IMG/VR virus record: IMGVR_UViG_2061766007_000578
Direction: 5' to 3' (one strand)
Length of the DNA: 20,000 bases
DNA from: an uncultured virus (IMG/VR IMGVR_UViG_2061766007_000578)
Lineage: Duplodnaviria; Heunggongvirae; Uroviricota; Caudoviricetes
The position numbers were made by a program, and so were the translations under genes. Shown piece by piece: positions 6,231 through 15,423 of this stretch (position 1 is the first letter of the stretch; the number at the start of each line of letters is the position of its first letter). Under the pieces are notes generated by a model, which was not told the origin of the DNA, searched no databases, and saw only the letters and a list, made by a program, of their open reading frames with translations.

Positions 6231-7091
6231 ATGGAAGAATTAAAAATTCAGATAGCGGAACAGGGACAGATATCAACAAACCTTGAAACCCTGAAAGCAG
6301 AACTCAAAGAGATAGCCGGAAGATATAAAGGTGTACTGGTTAGCGAAGATACAGTACCGTTTGCAAAGAAAGACCTTGCTGAACTCCGAAAGTTAAGAAC
6401 AGACATTGAGGATAGGAGAAAAGCAGTAAAGAAGCAATGGAACGAACCTTATACGGCTTTTGAGAATGAGGTTAAATCAGCACTTGCAATCATAGATGAA
6501 CCTATCAACGAGATAGATAAGCAGGTTAAGGACTTTGAAAAGGCTGATAAGGAAGCCAAAAGGGAAAAGGTCAAGGAAATATACAAGTCCTATACTCCGG
6601 CAGATATAGAGCCTTATATGCCGTTTGAAACCGTCTTTGATGAAAAGTGGCTGAATAAGTCTACAAAGGAAAATGAGATTATTTCCGACCTGTCAGCAAA
6701 AGCAACACAGATAAAGATTGATTTGGACGCTATAAAGGCTTTGAAAAGCGAGATAGAGGATGAATGTCTGAAAGCCTACAAAGATGCCGGAAACAGTTTG
6801 GCGGCGGCTATAAAGAGAAATACCGATTATCTGTCAGCAAAAGCGGCGGCAGAGATTAAGGCAAGAGAAGAAGTTGAAAGAAAAGTCCGTGAGGAACAGG
6901 AACGGAAAGCACAAGAAGAACAGGTGGTCAAGGAAGAAATCAAAGAAGAACCTGTAGAAGAACCCGAAGAAGATTTACCCTTCCCGGTAGAAGATAAGGG
7001 GATGTTTGAAATCTGCGGAGCAGAAAACATCGACAAAGTAAGACAGTTCCTTGACTTTTCGGAAATACCCTACAGATATACGGAGGTTTGA
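6231..7091 (+). CDS. DUF1351-like coiled-coil phage protein
   Basis: AKKDLAELRK...IEDRRKAVKKQWNEPYTAFE...IDKQVKDFE; typical position before a phage recombinase; ATG 6231 preferred. Confidence 0.8.
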   Translation: MEELKIQIAEQGQISTNLETLKAELKEIAGRYKGVLVSEDTVPFAKKDLAELRKLRTDIEDRRKAVKKQWNEPYTAFENEVKSALAIIDEPINEIDKQVKDFEKADKEAKREKVKEIYKSYTPADIEPYMPFETVFDEKWLNKSTKENEIISDLSAKATQIKIDLDAIKALKSEIEDECLKAYKDAGNSLAAAIKRNTDYLSAKAAAEIKAREEVERKVREEQERKAQEEQVVKEEIKEEPVEEPEEDLPFPVEDKGMFEICGAENIDKVRQFLDFSEIPYRYTEV

Positions 7092-7093
7092 TT

Positions 7094-7807
7094 ATGAATG
7101 TTTATTCAAAATTGTTAGATGTTCAGGCAGAACTTAAAGCACCAAAAGGACAGACAAACACCTTCGGAAACTACAAATACCGTAGTTGTGAAGATATCCT
7201 TGAAGCCTTAAAGCCTGTCTTAAAGAAGTATGATGCAACGGTTCATATATCAGATGAAATAGTTGTATGTGAAGATCGTTTCTATGTAAAGGCTACGGCT
7301 ACATTTACAGACCTTGAATCACTTACCGATGTATCTGTTTCTGCTTTTGCAAGGGAAAGTAAAGAAAAGCGTGGAATGGATGATAGCCAGATCACAGGTG
7401 CTGCTTCATCTTATGCCCGGAAATATGCCTTAAATGGTCTGTTCTTGATAGATGATACCAAAGATGCAGATACAGACGAGAACAAGAATGAGCGTGAGAA
7501 AAGGGCAGAAAAACAAGCCAAAGTGAACAAATCAGAAGCGTCCACAAAGGTACAGAAAGATACTCCCGAAGAAGCAAAAAAGAACGATGAAATGAGGGAA
7601 TCGGTAGATCAGAGATATGTGCCTAATCCTAAAAGAACAAAGGAAGAAATGAAAGCCAATATTGGGGAAGAAATGAAACGTACTGGAATAAATGAAAAAT
7701 CAACACTTGCAACGATGGGTATTAAGGAATGGTCAGAAATCACGGATGCAAAATACATATCCATTATGAATAAGTTTAAGAAACAGCCTACAAAGGAAAG
7801 CAAATGA
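7094..7807 (+). CDS. erf: ERF-family ssDNA annealing protein
   Basis: LKAPKGQTNTFGNYKYRSCEDILEALKP and QITGAASSYARKYAL motifs. Confidence 0.9.
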   Translation: MNVYSKLLDVQAELKAPKGQTNTFGNYKYRSCEDILEALKPVLKKYDATVHISDEIVVCEDRFYVKATATFTDLESLTDVSVSAFARESKEKRGMDDSQITGAASSYARKYALNGLFLIDDTKDADTDENKNEREKRAEKQAKVNKSEASTKVQKDTPEEAKKNDEMRESVDQRYVPNPKRTKEEMKANIGEEMKRTGINEKSTLATMGIKEWSEITDAKYISIMNKFKKQPTKESK

Positions 7808-8304
7808 CAGGAAAAGCGGTAGATGTTCTTCAATTCCTTGCAGAACAGATGAAAGAAAAGCCGGATGCCGAGTGGGATATAACCGAACATAAGAAAAAGA
7901 GATCACTTGATGCGAACAGTTATTTTCATGTGTTATGTGACAAACTGCGGCAGAAACTTCATATATCAATGGCACGATGTAAAAATCATTTAATCGCTGA
8001 TTACGGGCAGATACAGTACATAGACGATCAGCCAATGATTTATAAAACAAATGCTCCTGATGAATATATGCAGGAACTTGAAACCATACACACAAAGTTG
8101 GTCAAGGTTACAGAGGAAAACGGCAAAGAGGTGTTCTTTTACAGGGTATACAGAGGTTCGCACACCTATACATCCGCTGAAATGGCAAGGCTAATAGATG
8201 GAACTGTATCTGAATGTAAAGACCAAAACATAGAGGTTGCAACACCTGACGAGATAGCAAGGATGAACGCTTTATGGGGAAAGAAACACGATGAAAGAGT
8301 TTAA
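7804..8304 (+). CDS. NinB/Orf-like recombination accessory protein
   Basis: KKRSLDANSYFHVLCDKL and GSHTYTSAEMARLID motifs; follows ERF. Confidence 0.65.
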   Translation: MTGKAVDVLQFLAEQMKEKPDAEWDITEHKKKRSLDANSYFHVLCDKLRQKLHISMARCKNHLIADYGQIQYIDDQPMIYKTNAPDEYMQELETIHTKLVKVTEENGKEVFFYRVYRGSHTYTSAEMARLIDGTVSECKDQNIEVATPDEIARMNALWGKKHDERV

Positions 8305-8608
8305 GAGCATCATAACAGAATACACAAATATGTGCCTTGTGTGCGGAAATCCCAATGTAGAGCCACATCATGTACTACACGGAACGGCTAACAGGAAATT
8401 TGCGGATGAAGATTTACTTATTGTGCCACTCTGCTATGAACACCATCGAGGTAACAACGGTGTACACGGACATAACAACGCTTTTGATGTAGCACTTGAA
8501 ATAATCGGTCAAATCGCATGGGAAAGAAAGACAATGGCTGAAACAGGATGCACCATTGAAATAGCAAGAAAAGGTTTCATTGGTAGGTATGGAAAATCGT
8601 GGGTGTAA
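8291..8608 (+). CDS. HNH-like Zn-binding protein
   Basis: CLVCG...EPHHV...VPLCYEHH...GVH. Confidence 0.7.
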   Translation: MKEFKSIITEYTNMCLVCGNPNVEPHHVLHGTANRKFADEDLLIVPLCYEHHRGNNGVHGHNNAFDVALEIIGQIAWERKTMAETGCTIEIARKGFIGRYGKSWV

Positions 8609-8611
8609 AAA

Positions 8612-8674
8612 ATGAAACTAATAGATTTAACAGGACAAAAATATGAGATACGGAATACCCTACAGGGGAAGTAA
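8612..8674 (+). pseudogene. Relic 5' end of an HNH/AP2-type endonuclease gene
   Basis: MKLIDLTGQKY... resembles the IDLTGQ(R/K)FG start of such genes; similarity ends where the MTase ATG (8643) begins. Confidence 0.45.
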
Positions 8675-9593
8675 AAATAGCATAGCTAAATGGATCATAG
8701 AAAGCTTACCGGCTGCAGATGTTTTTGTGGATTTGTGTTTCGGAGGTGGGGCGGTAACACATGCAGCATTGTTAAGCGGCAAATACAAAGAATACATAGC
8801 AAATGACATAGACAGTAGAGTAATACCATTTTTCATTGACTGTTGTAACGGCAAATACACAACTGAAAATCATCCAGAATGGGTTAGTCGGGAAGATTTT
8901 TTCAAATTAAATGATGATATCTATTACGAACTTATATGGAGTTTCGGGAATAATGGCCGACAGTATTTATGCTCAGAAGAAAAGGAACCCTTTAAGAAAG
9001 CACTACATTATGCCTGTTTTTACGAAGATACATCACTGCTAAAAGAATTAGGTGTAGATCCTCCAAAGGTAGAAGGAAAGACGGTATACGAAAGATATAC
9101 AAAGTATAAACACCATTTCAAGGAGAGATTACAGGCGTTAGAGAATTTGGAAAGTCTGGTAAGGCTTAATAGTTTGAAATCCTTGCAGGGATTAAACGGA
9201 ATAAATAACCTTCAATGCCTTAATTACGACTATGAAGAAGCTATGGAGATCGTTTACAGGCAGAACAAAGGAAAAAATATTCTTATATATGCTGATCCCC
9301 CTTATGCCGAAACAGACTGTCGTAAATATCCGGGATTTGATAGTGAAAGATTTTATAAATGGGCTGCAGATCAGGACAACATTTTCATAAGTGAATACCA
9401 GATGCCGGATTACTTTGTACCGTATGCATGGAAAGAAAAGACGGTTTTATGCAGCAGTTATACAAATGCCCTTAAAAAGAAAGAACTGATTTTTACTAAT
9501 CAAAAAACCTACGACAAGATGAATGATACACAAAAGAAACTAATAGGCGGTAATTTTTCAGAACAATTAACATTCGAGGATTTATTGAAATGA
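8643..9593 (+). CDS. Orphan N6-adenine DNA methyltransferase (Dam/D12-like)
   Basis: PYRGSK, FVDLCFGGGAV (motif I variant), ANDI, IYADPPY (motif IV), FISEY. Confidence 0.9.
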   Translation: MRYGIPYRGSKNSIAKWIIESLPAADVFVDLCFGGGAVTHAALLSGKYKEYIANDIDSRVIPFFIDCCNGKYTTENHPEWVSREDFFKLNDDIYYELIWSFGNNGRQYLCSEEKEPFKKALHYACFYEDTSLLKELGVDPPKVEGKTVYERYTKYKHHFKERLQALENLESLVRLNSLKSLQGLNGINNLQCLNYDYEEAMEIVYRQNKGKNILIYADPPYAETDCRKYPGFDSERFYKWAADQDNIFISEYQMPDYFVPYAWKEKTVLCSSYTNALKKKELIFTNQKTYDKMNDTQKKLIGGNFSEQLTFEDLLK

Positions 9594-9976
9594 CACGAAG
9601 AATAATAATTCCGGGTGATCCACGGACAAAGAAAAATCATACACAAATTGTTAAAAACAGATATTCAGGAAAAATAAAAGTTATTCAAAGTGAAGCATAT
9701 ATACAGTATGAAGAAAATTGCGGATGGTATTTGAACAATGTTGAGCCATTTTTAAGCCCTTGCAATCTCAAGTGTGAGTATTACATGAGGACTAAAAGAA
9801 AGGTTGACCTGTCAAATCTAATAGCGGCCACAAGTGACATATTAGTTCGATACGGGATCTTGATAGACGATAATAGCGAGATCATAAAAGGCTATGACGG
9901 TAGCAGAGTTTACTACTCAAAAGAAAACCCGCGGGTAGAGATCACAATAACAGAATTTAAGGAGGTAAAAGAATGA
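9590..9976 (+). CDS. rusA: RusA-like Holliday junction resolvase
   Basis: KVDLSNLIAATSDILVRYGILIDDNSEI and ENPRVEITI. Confidence 0.8.
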   Translation: MTRRIIIPGDPRTKKNHTQIVKNRYSGKIKVIQSEAYIQYEENCGWYLNNVEPFLSPCNLKCEYYMRTKRKVDLSNLIAATSDILVRYGILIDDNSEIIKGYDGSRVYYSKENPRVEITITEFKEVKE

Positions 9977-10206
9977 CAGATAACAGTAAAAAAGCAAAAA
10001 CACAGTGTACAAAAATCTTAAAGCACATGAGATCACACAAAAGAGGAATTACCTCAATGGATGCTTTTAGCAAGTATGGTATCACAAGACTTTCTGGCAG
10101 GATTTGGGATTTAAGAGAGAGAGGATTTGACATAGAAACCATTATGGAAGTCGGAAAGAATGATGATGGTAACACGGTTCAGTATGCTCGATATGTGTTG
10201 AGGTGA
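9973..10206 (+). CDS. Winged helix-turn-helix protein
   Basis: ITSMDAFSKYGITRLSGRIWDLRERGFDI. Confidence 0.75.
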   Translation: MTDNSKKAKTQCTKILKHMRSHKRGITSMDAFSKYGITRLSGRIWDLRERGFDIETIMEVGKNDDGNTVQYARYVLR

Positions 10207-11030
10207 TAATGGGCGATTCAGGATGGATAAAACTGCATAGGCAAATTACTGATTGTTGGATATGGGACGATAACGAACCTTATACCAAAGCACAAGCATG
10301 GATTTATCTGTTGATGATCGTTAATCACGATACTGTAAAAACTTTCTTCGATGGAGAAATTGTTACGGTAAATGCCGGACAGAGGATAACAAGTGTAAGG
10401 AAGTTGGCAGACAAATTCGGATGGAGTAGGTCTAAAGTAACACGCTTTTTAACCCTTCTGGAACAAGACAATATGGTGAAGGTTGAGAGTGACACAAAAA
10501 AGACACTTATAACCGTGATAAATTACGGAAAATATCAACTTGACGAGCCACGAAAAAGCCACGAAAAAGACAGTGACGAGCCACAGAAAAGCCACGGTCG
10601 AGCCACGGTCGAGCCACTGACGGACACAAACAAGAATGATAAGAATGAAAAGAATGATAATAACCCCCCTATATCCCCCCTTGGGGAATGGGATTATAAA
10701 AAACATTCTAACCTTGAAAACACAAAACACATTCTTAACAGCGGTTTGTATTCAGAAGTCGAACTGTTAAAAAACTATCCTGCCTTATGGGAGAGTATCA
10801 AAAAGTGGATGAAGTATAAGGACGAAAAACCGAGATCAGGAAACCACTATAACGGAGATACATCAATCATCACTTTGCTGAATAAGTTTGTAGATCATTG
10901 TCGAAGTAGTGGTGAAGAAGCTGTGATACAGGTTGTGGATGAAAGCATAGCGTCAAACTATCAGGGTATTGTTTGGGATAAGTTAAAAGGTCAGGCGGCA
11001 AAGGGTACTGATTGGAGCAACATTAAATGA
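10203..11030 (+). CDS. Phage replication initiator (replisome organizer-like)
   Basis: GWIKLHR N-terminus, wHTH SVRKLADKFGWSRSKVTRFL, iteron-containing linker, SIASNYQGI C-terminal domain; precedes loader and DnaB. Confidence 0.85.
   Translation: MIMGDSGWIKLHRQITDCWIWDDNEPYTKAQAWIYLLMIVNHDTVKTFFDGEIVTVNAGQRITSVRKLADKFGWSRSKVTRFLTLLEQDNMVKVESDTKKTLITVINYGKYQLDEPRKSHEKDSDEPQKSHGRATVEPLTDTNKNDKNEKNDNNPPISPLGEWDYKKHSNLENTKHILNSGLYSEVELLKNYPALWESIKKWMKYKDEKPRSGNHYNGDTSIITLLNKFVDHCRSSGEEAVIQVVDESIASNYQGIVWDKLKGQAAKGTDWSNIK
10546..10686. repeat. Putative replication origin: 11-bp-period iterons plus A-rich repeats
   Basis: AGCCAC at 10546, 10557, (AGACAG 10568), 10579, 10590, 10601, 10612; AAGAATGAW x3 at 10632-10658; then C-runs. 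Confidence 0.8.
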
Positions 11031-11470
11031 CAAGGGAAGAACTTAAAACAAATTTGCGGAACATAGAAACAGCATATCCGAACAGGATCACAATAACACA
11101 GGAAACTTTCGATGTTTGGTTTGAAATGTTGGGTGATTTAGACGGAAAAGTTGTTAGTCAGGTTGTTGCAAAGATCATAAAGACTTCTCACTATCCACCT
11201 ACGATAGCTGACATAAGAGCCGGATGCGAAGAACATAATGCAGAAATAGCACGAATGACAGCCGAAGCAAAGAATGTATTTTATGATGCGCTAACTTATT
11301 TCTACGATCCTGAAATGGATAAAAAAAGATTGTGGTCGGTGTTCTGTAAAGGGATAAAACACTTTCCCTACGAACAGAGGATGAAAAAGATATATGAATT
11401 TCGGGATAAGGTCAGAAATACAGATAAACTTCCGGGGGTAGAGGACTTTATAAATGAGTTTACACGCTGA
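11027..11470 (+). CDS. Helicase loader/inhibitor (SPP1 G39P-like N-terminus)
   Basis: MTREE...IETAYPN...VWFEMLGDLD...YPPTIADIR; sits between initiator and helicase. Confidence 0.75.
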   Translation: MTREELKTNLRNIETAYPNRITITQETFDVWFEMLGDLDGKVVSQVVAKIIKTSHYPPTIADIRAGCEEHNAEIARMTAEAKNVFYDALTYFYDPEMDKKRLWSVFCKGIKHFPYEQRMKKIYEFRDKVRNTDKLPGVEDFINEFTR

Positions 11471-12725
11471 AAGAGAAATAATAGGCAATCTTTTAGTAAA
11501 TCCTAATTGCATAGATCAGATATACAACATCATAGAGCCTGAAATGTTCACAGATGATTTGTTGGGTAGTGTGTATGCAGAGTTTCTAAAGGGCTATGAA
11601 AACAGGTACGAAGTAAACGAGGTTGTTTTAGAGCAGAAACTTGTAAATGACAATATACCGCTTGCCTTGTTTCAGGAAGAATTAGAAAAATGTATATCAC
11701 TGAATGTCACGACAGCCACAATAAGGACTAATGCAGAAATACTCTTAAAGGATTTTAAGGCACAAAGACTTAACACAATACTGAACCGAATAAAGGTACA
11801 GCCTGACAAGATATATGACCAGATAGGCACTTTAATGAATGACTTGGAACATCTGTCAGAGGGAAGGAAATCACAAGCTGTATCTGTATCGGCATTAACA
11901 GACAGGTTTAAGGATCACTACTTTTGTGATGAAGCCGGAAAGGGATTAAATACAGGCTTTAAGAAACTTGATGAAATGATAGGCGATTTAACAGGTGGTG
12001 ATGTGATAGTCATAGGGGCAAGACCTTCTGTTGGTAAATCCGCTTTCGTAACACAAATAGCAATGAACCTGACAAAGCAAGGTAAAAAGGTTGGCTTTTA
12101 CAACTTGGAAATGCAGGAACGGCAGATGTACGAAAGGTTTGTAGTGGCTGAAAGCGGAATCGGATTACAGAGATTAAAACGGGCGGTAGCTTTTCAGGGT
12201 GACGAGAAAGAAAGGTTTGATAAAGCGAACGAATATTTGAACACCTGTGAAAACCTAATCATTAACACAGGTGCATCCAAAATGTCAGACATAAGAGCCG
12301 AAAGCCGACACATGAACTACGACATAATCATCATTGACTATATGCAACTAATAACGCCTGACACTTCATACCGGGGAAACAGGGCGGCAGAAGTAGGAGA
12401 GATCAGCCGGAACATAAAAAACCTTGCTATGGAACTTAATATCCCGATTATCGCCTTATCACAGTTGAACAGGGTTTCCGAAGTGAGAGAAACAAAAGAA
12501 CCTACAATGTCAGAGTTAAGGGAATCGGGGAATGTGGAACAGGACGCAAGTATCATTCTTCTGATGTGGAACTTAACAGAGGACAGGGACAAGAAAGGTC
12601 TGAAAGCAGATAAAAACAGGCAAGGCAAGGTAGGCAAGGTCACACTTTCCTTTGACGGTGAACAGATGAAGTTTGTAGAGGAAGAAGATTTTGTAGAGGT
12701 TGAAGAAGAAACACCCTTCACATGA
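11454..12725 (+). CDS. dnaB: Replicative DnaB-like helicase
   Basis: GARPSVGKS (Walker A), IIIIDYMQL (Walker B), IIALSQLNR, LRESGNVEQDA, KNRQG. Confidence 0.95.
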   Translation: MSLHAEREIIGNLLVNPNCIDQIYNIIEPEMFTDDLLGSVYAEFLKGYENRYEVNEVVLEQKLVNDNIPLALFQEELEKCISLNVTTATIRTNAEILLKDFKAQRLNTILNRIKVQPDKIYDQIGTLMNDLEHLSEGRKSQAVSVSALTDRFKDHYFCDEAGKGLNTGFKKLDEMIGDLTGGDVIVIGARPSVGKSAFVTQIAMNLTKQGKKVGFYNLEMQERQMYERFVVAESGIGLQRLKRAVAFQGDEKERFDKANEYLNTCENLIINTGASKMSDIRAESRHMNYDIIIIDYMQLITPDTSYRGNRAAEVGEISRNIKNLAMELNIPIIALSQLNRVSEVRETKEPTMSELRESGNVEQDASIILLMWNLTEDRDKKGLKADKNRQGKVGKVTLSFDGEQMKFVEEEDFVEVEEETPFT

Positions 12726-12733
12726 GGTAGACG

Positions 12734-13024
12734 ATGGAAGAATACACAAAACTAATCAAAGAGATTTCAACGGAACTTTGGAAAACCTTTTTACCGATGA
12801 TCGAGATTGAAAAGACAGATGATTTCTATACAGGTGCAAGAAAGATTTATTCGGACATAGCTGATAAATACAAAGGCACAGTAGCGGAAGGATATGCGGT
12901 AGATATGGCAGTGTTCTATATGATGCAGGTGCAGAGAATAGACAAAAAAGACAACAAGCATGGTAAGTGGGGCGAATTGTGGGACGCTTTAGAGTATTTG
13001 AGAACGGGTGTTAAACCCCTCTAA
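12734..13024 (+). CDS. Hypothetical phage protein
   Basis: 96 aa ORF with SD GAGG. Confidence 0.7.
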   Translation: MEEYTKLIKEISTELWKTFLPMIEIEKTDDFYTGARKIYSDIADKYKGTVAEGYAVDMAVFYMMQVQRIDKKDNKHGKWGELWDALEYLRTGVKPL

Positions 13025-13117
13025 CAGCCAAAATAAGACACTTAAAAACCGTTAGCCTATAAAGTTAGGCAGACAATATAAAAACTCAAATTTAAGGCAA
13101 ATAGAAAGGAGTAACAC

Positions 13118-13522
13118 ATGAACAAATGGATAGGAATGGGAAACATCGGAAAAGATGTAGATGTTCGGACAAACGGAGATTCTACCGTGGCAAGGTTTTC
13201 ACTTGCGGTCAAAAGGAAATTTGCAAAGGAAGGAGATATTGATACCGATTGGATTAGCGTTGTGTGCTTTGGTAAACTGGCAACCTTCGCTGAAAAGTAT
13301 CTTCACAAGGGTTCAAAGATCGTTGTTGAAGCGAGAGTTCAGACGGGTTCATACACCAACAAGGACGGAGTTAAAGTTTACACTACGGACTTCATAGCAG
13401 AAAGTATTGAGTTTGCAGAAAGCAAGAAAGCATCTGAAAGCAACGAGCCGAAAGAGGAAAAGCCGGATGATGGATTTATGAACGTGCCGGACGAAGATAC
13501 AGACGAGTTACCTTTCAGATAA
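13118..13522 (+). CDS. ssb: Single-stranded DNA-binding protein
   Basis: MNKWIGMGNIGKD, VARFSLAVKR, TDWISVVCFGK, acidic tail DELPFR. Confidence 0.95.
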   Translation: MNKWIGMGNIGKDVDVRTNGDSTVARFSLAVKRKFAKEGDIDTDWISVVCFGKLATFAEKYLHKGSKIVVEARVQTGSYTNKDGVKVYTTDFIAESIEFAESKKASESNEPKEEKPDDGFMNVPDEDTDELPFR

Positions 13523-13536
13523 AAGGAGAAGAATAA

Positions 13537-14628
13537 ATGGAGATCAAGATAGATAAAACAGACTTGCTAAATGCGGTTAATACAGTATCAAAAAGCGTTG
13601 CTACGAAAACTACAATGACCATCCTTGAGTGTATTTTAATAACGGCAGAGAATGACGAGATAAGGTTTACCGCTTCAAATATGGAACTTGGGATAGATTG
13701 CTATGCAGATGGTCAGATAACGGAAGGTGGATGTGTAGCAGTTGAATGTAAGACTTTCGCACCGATAGTAGGAAAATTACCGTCAGGAGAGGTTGAAATC
13801 AAGGTGGAAAACAATGTGATGAATATTAAATGTGGCAGATCAAGATTTAATATTCCCGTCCGTGATGGTAATGAGTTTCCGGCAATGCAGAACATTCAGA
13901 GAGAGAACGGAATTTCAATGTCACAGGGAGAGTTAAAGGACATAATCAGACAAACAAGTTTTGCTTGTGCTTCAAACGACAACAACAAACTAATGACCGG
14001 ATGCTTGTTCAGTATATCGAACAATACACTTAAAGTAGTGGCACTGGACGGACACAGGATAGCAATAAGGGAGAAGGATTTAGGCAAAGATTATGATGAC
14101 TTGTCAGTAATCATCCCGGTGAAAACACTGTCAAATATTGTGAAGATCATAAACGAAGGTGACATAGACATTTATTTTGCTGATAATATGGCAGCTTTCA
14201 AATTTGACAATACCCTTGTCACTTCAAGGCTTATCGAAGGTGAATACTTTGATATAAACAGAATGATGAACAACGAGTATGTAGCAACAGTTACGGTTAA
14301 CAATGATGATTTTGCCGCTTGCCTTGACAGGTCATTACTTCTGATAAACACGGATGATAAAAAACCTGTAGTGTTGGAAATCACCAAAGGGTCAATGACT
14401 ACTTCTATAACGACAAATTTAGGATCAAGTCAGGAAGAAATAGAAATTGAAAACGAAGGTGAGGATATCAAGATAGGCTTTAATCCGGCTTTCATACTAG
14501 ATGCTTTAAGAGTGATAGATGATGAAGAAGTAAGCCTGTATTTTGCCGGACAGAAAGCACCGTGTTTCATAAAGGGTGAAGGGTACAACTACATTACACT
14601 TCCAGTACAAATACAGGGGGCAAAATGA
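13537..14628 (+). CDS. dnaN: DNA polymerase III beta sliding clamp, phage-encoded
   Basis: 363 aa full length; TILECILI, VVALDGHRIA, SRLIEGEY, IGFNPAFILDALRVID, YITLPV. Confidence 0.93.
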   Translation: MEIKIDKTDLLNAVNTVSKSVATKTTMTILECILITAENDEIRFTASNMELGIDCYADGQITEGGCVAVECKTFAPIVGKLPSGEVEIKVENNVMNIKCGRSRFNIPVRDGNEFPAMQNIQRENGISMSQGELKDIIRQTSFACASNDNNKLMTGCLFSISNNTLKVVALDGHRIAIREKDLGKDYDDLSVIIPVKTLSNIVKIINEGDIDIYFADNMAAFKFDNTLVTSRLIEGEYFDINRMMNNEYVATVTVNNDDFAACLDRSLLLINTDDKKPVVLEITKGSMTTSITTNLGSSQEEIEIENEGEDIKIGFNPAFILDALRVIDDEEVSLYFAGQKAPCFIKGEGYNYITLPVQIQGAK

Positions 14629-14834
14629 GAGCGATAGAAGTTTTAGATAATATAAAAGGATTTCCCTACGATGTAATGAATTACGGGTTATGTCAGGCAG
14701 AAGCAGAAGTAATAATACCCGCTTTAGAACGTCAGATACCGTACAAAGGGGATGTGTGCCAGTGTGGAGTAAAGGCGAAGGGTAACTATTGTAGTTTATG
14801 CGGGCAGAGGTTAAGTGAATGGGATATACATTAA
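14625..14834 (+). CDS. Small Zn-ribbon protein
   Basis: ALERQIP...CQCG...NYCSLCGQRL. Confidence 0.7.
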   Translation: MRAIEVLDNIKGFPYDVMNYGLCQAEAEVIIPALERQIPYKGDVCQCGVKAKGNYCSLCGQRLSEWDIH

Positions 14835-15055
14835 GTGAAAAGATCGTAATTATGGGATATATCGCACCGTGGGAAATAAATACGGTGCGAAGAAAAACCC
14901 GTGAAGGTGAACACATAACATTCTTTCAGGACGGAACTGCTGAACTTGGTAAAGGCATAGTCTTAAAGAAGTATAAGCACCACGCATTATGCAAGGTTGG
15001 ATTACTGAATAAAAGTGTTATGTGGGTTGATGTAATCAGAGGTGGGAAACAATGA
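14819..15055 (+). CDS. Hypothetical phage protein
   Basis: Overlapping in-operon ORF. Confidence 0.6.
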   Translation: MGYTLSEKIVIMGYIAPWEINTVRRKTREGEHITFFQDGTAELGKGIVLKKYKHHALCKVGLLNKSVMWVDVIRGGKQ

Positions 15056-15201
15056 ATAACTACGAAGAAGAATGTTGTGGAAACTGCGAATATCACAAGG
15101 TAATCAGGCAAGATACGTTTTGTTGTAATAATCACGAAAGCGATTACTACGGGGACTATACAAACTATGAGGATAGCTGTCCGTTCTGGAATGAGAGATA
15201 A
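15052..15201 (+). CDS. 49-aa Cys-rich protein (not in ORF track)
   Basis: MNNYEEECCGNCEYH...CCNNHESDYYG...SCPFWNER*; ATGA overlap, SD GAGGTGG. Confidence 0.7.
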   Translation: MNNYEEECCGNCEYHKVIRQDTFCCNNHESDYYGDYTNYEDSCPFWNER

Positions 15202-15212
15202 GAAAGGAGATA

Positions 15213-15413
15213 GTGATGGTTTATTGTGCGAAAGAGATTAGCAAGGAAGTATACGACAGGGCAGTTGCAAATAACGGAAGAATAGCAAGGGAAGATATAA
15301 ACGATGTGTTTGATATCAGTATTCTTTGTGGATATGGCTTATATGGAACAAGTGTAAGAGAAGAAAACGGAAAGTATTACTGTGATTATCAGAGAGGAAG
15401 TACCTGTGATTAA
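15213..15413 (+). CDS. Hypothetical phage protein
   Basis: SD AAGGAG; 66 aa. Confidence 0.7.
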   Translation: MMVYCAKEISKEVYDRAVANNGRIAREDINDVFDISILCGYGLYGTSVREENGKYYCDYQRGSTCD

Positions 15414-15423
15414 GGGGGTAAAT

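Noticed and set aside
8291..9593. Restriction-modification pair (HNH-like ORF plus MTase)
   Set aside because: The small HNH-like ORF belongs to the usual ERF/NinB recombination cluster; nothing indicates a cognate restriction enzyme.
13118..14628. Host chromosomal origin region
   Set aside because: No dnaA, recF or gyrB; dnaN is overlapped by a phage-type small ORF downstream.
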